44,933 bases of DNA from assembly GCA_033855155.1 (NCBI GenBank), contig JAWVGK010000391.1, positions 1 to 44,933 of the forward strand. Reading direction: 5' to 3'. The translations under genes and the position numbers were made by a program. The stretch comes from Solirubrobacteraceae bacterium (GTDB lineage: Bacteria > Actinomycetota > Thermoleophilia > Solirubrobacterales > Solirubrobacteraceae). The notes under the pieces were generated by a model that worked only from the letters and a program-made list of their open reading frames with translations, did no database searches and was not told the origin of the DNA. Shown one piece after another: positions 37,001 to 43,474 of this stretch; within the stretch, counting starts at the first letter, position 1, and every line of letters begins with the position of its first letter.

Positions 37001-39364
37001 GACTGGCAGCTGCGACTGGACGCGCTCGACATCGTCCTAGCGGCGCCGGGTCAGCATTGCTGGCGCTGCCCGCGCTGCTCGAGGATCCACTTGCACCCGA
37101 GTGCCGGCGCATGCACAACCAGCGGATGCAACGCTCAGCAGCTCATTGAGGGTCCGATCGACGCGGAGGTCGAGGACTACTACCAATGGCTCGCGCGCGA
37201 GCCACCGCGCCGGCTGCATGTTGAGGAGCTCACGGGCCAGACCAAACCGCTCAGCGAACAGCGCGCCCGCCAGCGACGCTTCAAGGGGGCCCTACTACCA
37301 GCGCCAGCCGAGTGCGAGCTCACCCAGTCGATCGATGTCCTGTCGGTCACCACCACGATGGAAGTCGGCGTCGACATCGGGACCTTGCGCGCCGTCGTGA
37401 TGGCCAACATGCCGCCGCAGCGGTTCAACTACCAGCAGCGTGTGGGACGCGCCGGCCGCAAGGACCAGCCATGGTCCTTCAGCCTCACGCTCTGCCGCGA
37501 TCGCGCCCACGACGACTACTTCTTCAACAACCCCGAGCTGATCACCGGCGACCGTCCTGCGCAGCCGTACCTGGATCTCGGTCGGCCCCAGATCGTCCGA
37601 CGCGTCGTCGCAGCGGAAGCCCTTCGGCGAGCCTTTGGGGAGCTTCCCGAGGACCTGCGAAGCGCTGCGCGCGTACGAAGCGTCCACGGAGACTTCGGTC
37701 GGACGGCCGACTGGAAAGGCTCGTTTCGCGCGCCGGTCTCACGCTGGCTCGTCGAGAGCGACGAGATTCCCGCGATCGTCGACGCATTCACGGCGTACAC
37801 GCCGCTCTCGAGCAGCGAAGTCGCGACGATCGAACCGTGGCTACGCGGCGAGCTCGTGTCTGAGGTCGACGACGTGGTCGCGAGCAGCCATTTCGGACAA
37901 CCTGAGCTGAGCGAGCGTCTGGCAAATGCCGGGCTGCTACCGATGTTCGGCTTCCCGACGCGAGTCCGAAGCCTCTATCGACGGGCGCCGCGAAGTCGCG
38001 ACGACGAAGCAGAGAGCACCGTGTCCGATCGCCGCCTCGACATGGCCATCTCGAGCTTCGCGCCGGGCGCCGAGGTCCTGCGCGACAAGCAGCTGCATCT
38101 GTGCGTGGGATTTGCGGCGTACGAGTTCGCTCGCGGACGTCCCACCCCCCGCGACCCCCTCGGTACCCCGATCACCCTCGTTCGCTGCCAGGAGTGCGAC
38201 GCAATCGATGTCGGTGCGGTTGACGCCGCCGAGCCTTGCCCCGCGTGCGGTGGGAAGCGAACGCTCATGCCGATGTACGAGCCTCGCGGCTTTCGCACCG
38301 ACTTCCGCCCGCGTGACTTCGACGATCAAGCGGAGCGCGGCCCATCAGGCAGCCTTCCACAGATCGCCTGGACGCCGGACGACGCCGAGCGCCAGCCAGT
38401 CCGGGGCGTCACGGTCGACAGGCGTAGCGGGACTCCGGTGTACGTCGTCAACGACAACGCCGGTGATCTCTACGAGATGCGTCGCTTCGACGGGACGGTC
38501 GTCGTCACTTCGCCGGAGCTCTACTCGGACACCCCTTCGTTACCAGTCGCGGTCTCGGAGCGCCCTCCGGATCTGGTTGGGGCCATCGGAGCGGTCAAGC
38601 CCACTGACGTCATGATCATCGAGCTCGATCGACTTCGTCGCGGCCAGGAGCGTGGCGCTCTCGCGGTGGACGCGCACCACGGAGGGTCACTTCCCGCGCT
38701 GTGGTCGTTCGCGGAGCTGCTGCGCATCTCCAGCGCGCTCGAGCTTGACGTGGATCCTCGCGAGCTCGTGGTGGGCTTACAGCCCTATGCGCTCAGCGAC
38801 GGCAGAGGTTCCCGTCGCATCTTCGTCGCCGACCAGCTCGAGAACGGCGCGGGCTACTCGTACCGCCTGGGGCGCGCTGAGGTGCTGGGCCACGTCCTTG
38901 ACCGCATCGTCGATCAGATCGGTCCCCGCTTCGAGGAGCACCCGCACGCTGCTGAGTGCGACAGCGCGTGTCCGCAATGCCTGCGCAACTACGAGAACCG
39001 TCGCCTGCATCCGTTGCTTGACTGGCGCCTGGGGCTCGACGTCGCTGAGCTCGCAGCCGACCGTCCTCTGCGGGTCGGGCGCTGGCTCGCCGAGTCAGAG
39101 CGCATCGCGCGGCATTTCGCCAAAGCGTTCGAACTGACATCGTTCATGGCAGGCTCGCTGGGCGCGATCGAAGACGACTACACGGGCCGCGTGGCGATTC
39201 TCGGCCACCCACTCTGGCCGGCGGAGGCCGAGGGTTTGGTCGATGAGCAGCGCGCTGCGAGGAGCGCGCTTGCGCCGGGCGTGACGGTGCTGATGTCCGA
39301 CCTCTATACGGCTGTGCGATGGCCCGAGCGGATCGCCACCTGGCTGGCACGCCCTGCGACGTGA
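34046..39364 (+). CDS. 1772-aa DEAD/DEAH-box helicase fused to a C-terminal DUF1998 (MrfA-type Zn-binding) domain; Druantia DruE-like or DISARM DrmA+DrmB-like
   Basis: Walker A SGTGSGKTES (34406-34426), TNALVEDQ, DELH (35021-35032), FTDSRDDAA, TTTMEVGVDIG, and QQRVGRAGRKDQ. The DUF1998 signature ECDSACPQCLRNYENRRLH is at 38957-39010. Additional Cys clusters lie at 35513-35647, 37058-37129 and 38186-38248. Confidence 0.9.
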   Translation: MAQPDPLQLQQQLSAAYLRYYDTAFRLRDPQLRIERRRLLERPGTVFTQPLIEPVIPYPSSVSVRDACAAAGLRPEIAPTLSHMLFQQGEGFGLREHQAEALRISLSPPDTDRRHVVVTSGTGSGKTESFLLPIFARLLSEALDEGAEPALRRWWDRDAPAGRWRSARPDGGRPPAMRAMILYPTNALVEDQISRLRRAISLAPRQGGGPALYFGRYTGATIGGGELPTTMSDPRVREVALQLRLMERERNGLAGVDIEVAGQFAEPREGELIVRWDMIVTPPDVLVTNYSMLNVMLLRDRESSLFGATRDWLAGDPKRVFTLVVDELHGYRGTQGSEVALVVRNLLRRLGLSGDSPQLRCIGTSASLDGEEGLEFLEQFFGAPRDSFHVTAGTPEQIPDVDFTDLQLDRVPRDGAPRLDQVVAAACRDADGIRARTISQVQRRLFGDGDHNRESMRRVLSLVAEQGDKSGLISFRSHHFVRMIRGFWACSDPDCEVADRSDHQPRSVGRLYSIPTARCECGARVLELLYCNQCGEVSLGGFVAVPDSDEPQDGEGWYLSALPSVPRVAEQLVFRRGWGEYMWYWPGECPTDVNPWRHSLDEGALQLRFGPAELDPRTGVLSPAPRPLATGTMMTLSRRLADLAPRRVPALPERCPRCDAAGFNRDPRTFFRGLVRSPIRAHTTGVARVNQVLLDRVVRNVAERPQDGRTIVFTDSRDDAAGTAAGVETNHFRDLIRQVVTQELAVADSPATIMRRAAHGQDLTSDQQSLLPLYKGDAPDVWSAMRLDARGLAEPDDLSLIAAYIGQHGGESRRLPWEVLRQRVERRLVSLGVNPAGSAPSAATFGPHPWWLLHASPHGQWTQLAAEIRADGQAEARTRLDNHLADALFNRGGRDFESVGLGWFEPARTITGQLPLPTGSDSETIRSTIRLLALSGRYPGTRWDATGPGQALRRYLKAVGARHDVDPKTLEQLLEDLLADARVTRDWQLRLDALDIVLAAPGQHCWRCPRCSRIHLHPSAGACTTSGCNAQQLIEGPIDAEVEDYYQWLAREPPRRLHVEELTGQTKPLSEQRARQRRFKGALLPAPAECELTQSIDVLSVTTTMEVGVDIGTLRAVVMANMPPQRFNYQQRVGRAGRKDQPWSFSLTLCRDRAHDDYFFNNPELITGDRPAQPYLDLGRPQIVRRVVAAEALRRAFGELPEDLRSAARVRSVHGDFGRTADWKGSFRAPVSRWLVESDEIPAIVDAFTAYTPLSSSEVATIEPWLRGELVSEVDDVVASSHFGQPELSERLANAGLLPMFGFPTRVRSLYRRAPRSRDDEAESTVSDRRLDMAISSFAPGAEVLRDKQLHLCVGFAAYEFARGRPTPRDPLGTPITLVRCQECDAIDVGAVDAAEPCPACGGKRTLMPMYEPRGFRTDFRPRDFDDQAERGPSGSLPQIAWTPDDAERQPVRGVTVDRRSGTPVYVVNDNAGDLYEMRRFDGTVVVTSPELYSDTPSLPVAVSERPPDLVGAIGAVKPTDVMIIELDRLRRGQERGALAVDAHHGGSLPALWSFAELLRISSALELDVDPRELVVGLQPYALSDGRGSRRIFVADQLENGAGYSYRLGRAEVLGHVLDRIVDQIGPRFEEHPHAAECDSACPQCLRNYENRRLHPLLDWRLGLDVAELAADRPLRVGRWLAESERIARHFAKAFELTSFMAGSLGAIEDDYTGRVAILGHPLWPAEAEGLVDEQRAARSALAPGVTVLMSDLYTAVRWPERIATWLARPAT

Positions 39365-39481
39365 CCTCGCAGCGCACGCGTCCAGGCGCTCGGGGACTGC
39401 TGATCTGCAGCTCGCACCGCGAGAGCCCGTATCACAACCAGGGTCCTTCCGGTTCAAGTCCGTGGTTAGACGGCATCGTCC

Positions 39482-40702
39482 TCATGCCGCCTTCGCGCGT
39501 CGGCGTCGCGGCGCCATCGACCGCGGTGCTGCAGAGACGCGCCGCAGGGGCAGGGGAGCGACGGGCGCGCCTTCGATCGACGCCTGCCGAGCCTGGAAAG
39601 CGTGTCCGACCGCGAGCGCGACATAACGGGCAAGACGGGGCGGCACGGCGTTGCCGATCTGCCGGAACTGGGCATTTCGAGACCCCTTCCACTCCCAGCC
39701 CTCGGGGAAGCTCTGGAGTTCGGCAGCCTCCTCGACAGTAATGCGCCGCAGCGGATGCGGACGCTTGAGGTGCGGCTGCCCCGCGGCGAGTCGGGTGTGG
39801 TGGCGGCAGACCCACGGAGTGACGAAGACGTCTGGGTGGGCAAGCCGGGCCGCGAGCTCCTTGCAATCAACGATCGGGGTGCCGTTGCCGCCCATCGACG
39901 CTGGCAACGTGCGTGCAACCGCGTCGAGTTCGAGGGGACGGCCAGAGCCGTTGAAGAGCAGACTCCCCTTGTACGGGCTCGGCCGCATCACGGCCTTCTT
40001 GGCCAGCACTACCCGGGCCGTGCAGCTTGAGTCGTTCCCCACCTCGCCGAAGGCCGGTAGTCGCTGTAGCGCCTCGAGCACAGTCAGCGGGCGAGCCGCC
40101 GTCATGGGCACCGGGAACAGCGGAGGACCGTCGCGCACTCCGACCAGGAACATGCGCTCGCGGGCTTGCGGGACCGTGTAGCTCGCCGCATTCAGGACCG
40201 CCGACCCTACGGTGTAGCCGAGTTGCGTGGCCCGCGCGATCAGCCCGTCGTACACGGGCTTCCACCGTGCGCTGGTCGCGAAGGCCTTCACGTTCTCCAT
40301 GCAGAACACGGCTGGCTGGTACGCGCGCACCGCGTCCATGAACGCGTGTATGTGCTGTGAACGGGGATCCTGCGGGTCCATCAGCCCGATGACTGAGAAG
40401 CCCTGGCACGGTGGGCCGCCGATGATGACGTCCGGATTGAACTTGCCGGGGCGCGGGAGCTTCCTCAGCGCGGCAGGGAGGTCGCCGAGGACGATGTGAT
40501 CACCGATGTTCGCCGCATACGTGTCGACTGCGGTCTGATTCGCTTCAACAGCGTAGGAGATCTGGAAGCCCGCGTCCATGAAGCCGCGGTCGAGCCCTCC
40601 CGCGCCCGAGTACAGCGAAAGTACCTGCAGTCCCTCGCCCGGACGTTCTCCCAACCACGGCCCGCACAGAGATTCCCAGTCGGGGGTCGGAACATCGGAC
40701 AC
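39482..40702 (-). CDS. dcm: DNA (cytosine-5)-methyltransferase
   Basis: Motif I LSLYSGAGGLDRGF, motif IV GGPPCQGFS (40394-40420), motif VI ENV, and motif X QIGNAVPPRLA. I chose the GTG at 40700-40702, 50 nt after the vsr stop. The track ORF extends to 40837 and would overlap vsr. Confidence 0.9.
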   Translation of the reverse strand: MSDVPTPDWESLCGPWLGERPGEGLQVLSLYSGAGGLDRGFMDAGFQISYAVEANQTAVDTYAANIGDHIVLGDLPAALRKLPRPGKFNPDVIIGGPPCQGFSVIGLMDPQDPRSQHIHAFMDAVRAYQPAVFCMENVKAFATSARWKPVYDGLIARATQLGYTVGSAVLNAASYTVPQARERMFLVGVRDGPPLFPVPMTAARPLTVLEALQRLPAFGEVGNDSSCTARVVLAKKAVMRPSPYKGSLLFNGSGRPLELDAVARTLPASMGGNGTPIVDCKELAARLAHPDVFVTPWVCRHHTRLAAGQPHLKRPHPLRRITVEEAAELQSFPEGWEWKGSRNAQFRQIGNAVPPRLARYVALAVGHAFQARQASIEGAPVAPLPLRRVSAAPRSMAPRRRRAKAA

Positions 40703-40752
40703 TGCTCGATTGTCGCCCGCGACGCGGACGCCATCTATGGCTGCGCGCGACA

Positions 40753-41190
40753 CTAGCACCGCTCGGCGACGACTCGGGCGACGCGCTCCGCGACCGTCGC
40801 GGGATCCTCGTGCTCCCAAGCGCGCACCACGAGCCACCCTCGCGATGAGAGCTGGGCATTGGTGTCTGCGTCACGGGCGACGTTGTTGGCGAGCTTCGGC
40901 GACCAGTACGCAGCGTTCGACGCCGGCTGCGTCCCATGCTCCGGGCATGCGTGCCAGAAGCACCCATCGACGTACACCGCGACGCGTGACCGCGTGAAGA
41001 CCAGATCCGGCCGCGTCCAGCGGCGACCGTCTAGCTTGATGGTGTAGCGCGTGCGGAACCGCAAGCCCCGGCGGTGGACCAGCGAACGGAGGGCCAACTC
41101 AGGCGTCGTGTCGCGGCTGCGGTTCCCGCGCATGACGCTCGACGTCGCCGTGGAGTTCGCAACAGGCCAGTTCGGGTCGCCCGGCTTCAT
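40753..41190 (-). CDS. vsr: Very-short-patch repair endonuclease
   Basis: SSVMRGNRSRDTTPELALRSLVHRRGLRFR, RPDLVFTRSRVAVYVDGCFWHACPEH, and NVARDADTNAQLSSRGWLVVRAWEHE. Confidence 0.9.
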   Translation of the reverse strand: MKPGDPNWPVANSTATSSVMRGNRSRDTTPELALRSLVHRRGLRFRTRYTIKLDGRRWTRPDLVFTRSRVAVYVDGCFWHACPEHGTQPASNAAYWSPKLANNVARDADTNAQLSSRGWLVVRAWEHEDPATVAERVARVVAERC

Positions 41191-41287
41191 GCCCGTCGCA
41201 GCTTCGCAGATAGTACGTATTCGAGAGGTCCTCGCGCCGCTCCGGCCGCGGCCGCTGCCTCACCGTTTGGACAGTCGTCTCATCAGG

Positions 41288-42490
41288 TCAGGAGACGATC
41301 GCGTCGACCTCGCCGCGCCAGCGGTCGTAGGACAGGAGCCAGTCGTCGTTGGCAAGCCCGCCGTCCTCACCGAGTCGTCGCACCGCTCCATCCCAAGCGC
41401 CGCGCTGCTTGAGCTGTTTTGGTCCCACCAAGAGCAGCGCCGTCTTGGGAATGCGTGAGCGGCGAGCGATCACTCGATCGACGATGTAACGGTGGAGGAC
41501 GTCCGCCGCACTGAAAGCAGCTGCTACCTCGGCCGACGATGGGCGGTGGCCGCGATGAACCACGCGACCCCGTAGGTACGCCAGGTCATTCGACCAAGGT
41601 CCGACGGGTGGACGAGTGCGGTCCCAGGATCCACCGAGCAGCGCTGAGAAGTGACGCTTGATCCTGGCAGCGAGATCCAGACGCAGGGCTGGCGCGGCAT
41701 CGGATGCGCCGTCGCCGCGCTCCCAGAGGCTAAGGGCGAACACGGCGTCCAACATGACCTCGACCGCGATCGACAGGCGCAGGATCGCGTCTTCGGGATG
41801 CGTCGTGATCCGGGCCTCCTCCGCAGCCAGAAGCCACTCCATCCACCGCATGAAGGGATGGCGTGCCTGCATGGCCCCGAGAGCTGTCTCGACGCCCGCA
41901 ATGGCCTCCTCGTCAAGTTCGTCGGGCACAGGTCGATCACGGAGTTGGTTGTTCTCCAGCACGATGATCTGCGGCAGCCCCAACGTCTGCCCGGTGACCG
42001 CGTCGCGGCGGACGCACGGCACAATCGGCCATACGTCTCCCGGAGCCACCGGCGTCTGGGCTGCATCGCTCGCGATGATGGTCGCGCGGTCGGCATCACG
42101 CAGAGCGTCCAGTCCACGGGCAAGGGCGACCTCAAGATGTTGCTCGTCGTCGTGCGGCAGCGGCATCGTCAACTCGACGACGGTCTCGCGATGCTCGTCG
42201 GGACTGAACAGAGTTGCACCGGGTGGCCTCGCCGCTGTGGCAGCTCCGGTGCGCTCGTGCATCACCGCGTGGACGAGATCGAACGCCTCATCATCACGGC
42301 GCGCCGCAACCGCCCGCTGATGGAAGATGATCTGCACCCACCAGCGATCGGGAGGTCCGATCATCGGGGAATCGGTGCGGAGCGCGAACGGCGGCACCTC
42401 GATCTCAGACGCGCCGAGGACGGTCATCGCGGTGCCGTCCGGCCACGCAAGGGCACGAGGCAAGAGGACGAAGCACGTCAGGTGGACCAT
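41288..42490 (-). CDS. Hypothetical protein with a C-terminal HEPN-like helical region (Rx4H)
   Basis: Track ORF 41288..42550. The motif RGRVVH lies at 41555-41572, in the context LAYLRGRVVHRGHRPSSAEVAAAFSAADVL. It is preceded by a helix, EDAILRLSIAVEVMLDAVFAL. The N-terminal ~250 aa are unrecognised. The start is uncertain: GTG 42550, ATG 42490 or ATG 42427. Confidence 0.55.
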   Translation of the reverse strand: MVHLTCFVLLPRALAWPDGTAMTVLGASEIEVPPFALRTDSPMIGPPDRWWVQIIFHQRAVAARRDDEAFDLVHAVMHERTGAATAARPPGATLFSPDEHRETVVELTMPLPHDDEQHLEVALARGLDALRDADRATIIASDAAQTPVAPGDVWPIVPCVRRDAVTGQTLGLPQIIVLENNQLRDRPVPDELDEEAIAGVETALGAMQARHPFMRWMEWLLAAEEARITTHPEDAILRLSIAVEVMLDAVFALSLWERGDGASDAAPALRLDLAARIKRHFSALLGGSWDRTRPPVGPWSNDLAYLRGRVVHRGHRPSSAEVAAAFSAADVLHRYIVDRVIARRSRIPKTALLLVGPKQLKQRGAWDGAVRRLGEDGGLANDDWLLSYDRWRGEVDAIVS

Positions 42491-42586
42491 CCGACGCCTA
42501 CTTTGGCGGCGAGGCCGTGGCGCGCGACCGACCGGCGCCGAGCGGTTCACCCAAGGCCGGTCGGTGTGAGCGCGTCGTATCCGGAT

Positions 42587-43474
42587 TCACGGCACGACGC
42601 GCCGCTGCCAGCGCGCAAATCCGTCGTGGATGAAGCTCTCCTCCGCCAGCAACGGCTGCCACGGGTCGCCGATGTCCTCAAGCAGGCTCAGGAGGCGTAC
42701 GCGCTCCACGATGAGATCGGTGTTCGAGCGCAGCTCGTCCCAGTGCTCGTAGCCGGGCTCCAGTGCGTGTGGGATCGCCAGCGCTGCGCTGAACACGCCC
42801 TCGCGAACGTCGAGCAGCCTTCCCCATTCCCCCGGCGCGATCTCACGCGCCTTGAGGATCAGGTCGGTATGCGTGCGCTTGAGCGTGCATTGGCACAGCA
42901 CCACGGGGTGAGCCGCCCGGCGGTCGCCGAAGGGTCGCCAAGACGCCACGTCGAGCCCATGATCGTTGCGACTCGGCCGCGCGTTCGTCTCGTGCGTACC
43001 GATATGCATCATCCGGCCCAGCGAACGGATTCGTGCCCGCACCCCAGGCTCGTCGATGTCAGCGAAGACAACGGACTCCCCGGCGACGAATGCCCCCATG
43101 GCGGGGGCGGCAATGCGCTCGAACGCTCGGCCGGGCTGGAACCCGACCTGGTTGCTTCGGAAGCTTGGTGCAACGGAGCACAGGGCGAGGAACTTGTACA
43201 GCAGCTCTACCCCAGGCTCGACTGCTCGGCGATGAAGCCCGCGGAGACCGGTCGTGAACGGGTACAGCGCACCGGCGCGAACCGACCGGCGCTGGACCTC
43301 GGCGAGGATGTCGCTGACCGCTGTCTCGACTTGGTCGAGGTCCATGTCCGGATCGGCAAGCGCGACGACCCGCTGGATCTCGCTGTGCCGCAGCAGCGGC
43401 CGCGACTGCGCAAGGCACGCGAGCTCGAACCAGTCCGTGGCGATAGCGAGATCGCTCAGCATGGGACCGCTCAC
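42587..43474 (-). CDS. Hypothetical protein with an Mrr-like PD-(D/E)xK nuclease core
   Basis: GRAFERIAAPAMGAFVAGESVVFAD followed by NDHGLDVASWRPFGDRRAAHPVVLCQCTLK (42878-42964). This matches the Mrr pattern G..FE...(x)..D.G.D(V/I)....(x)..V.(V/L)Q(C/A)K. The start overlaps the upstream stop by 4 nt. Confidence 0.6.
   Translation of the reverse strand: MSGPMLSDLAIATDWFELACLAQSRPLLRHSEIQRVVALADPDMDLDQVETAVSDILAEVQRRSVRAGALYPFTTGLRGLHRRAVEPGVELLYKFLALCSVAPSFRSNQVGFQPGRAFERIAAPAMGAFVAGESVVFADIDEPGVRARIRSLGRMMHIGTHETNARPSRNDHGLDVASWRPFGDRRAAHPVVLCQCTLKRTHTDLILKAREIAPGEWGRLLDVREGVFSAALAIPHALEPGYEHWDELRSNTDLIVERVRLLSLLEDIGDPWQPLLAEESFIHDGFARWQRRVVP

Noticed and set aside
39440-39475. tRNA-like T-arm sequence GGTTCAAGTCC (39451-39461), between the helicase and dcm stops. 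It could have been a tRNA gene or an att-site remnant.
   Set aside because: The T-stem pairs at only 3 Watson-Crick positions plus a wobble. No acceptor-stem complement exists: GTTAGAC has no GTCTAAC ~65 nt upstream. There is no anticodon arm or D-arm and no CCA. It is most likely chance, or at best an unprovable relic.
39471-39489. Short hairpin CGGCAT-N7-ATGCCG overlapping the dcm stop, considered as a bidirectional terminator.
   Set aside because: The stem is only 6 bp, there is no flanking T/A tract, and it overlaps coding sequence. The support is insufficient.
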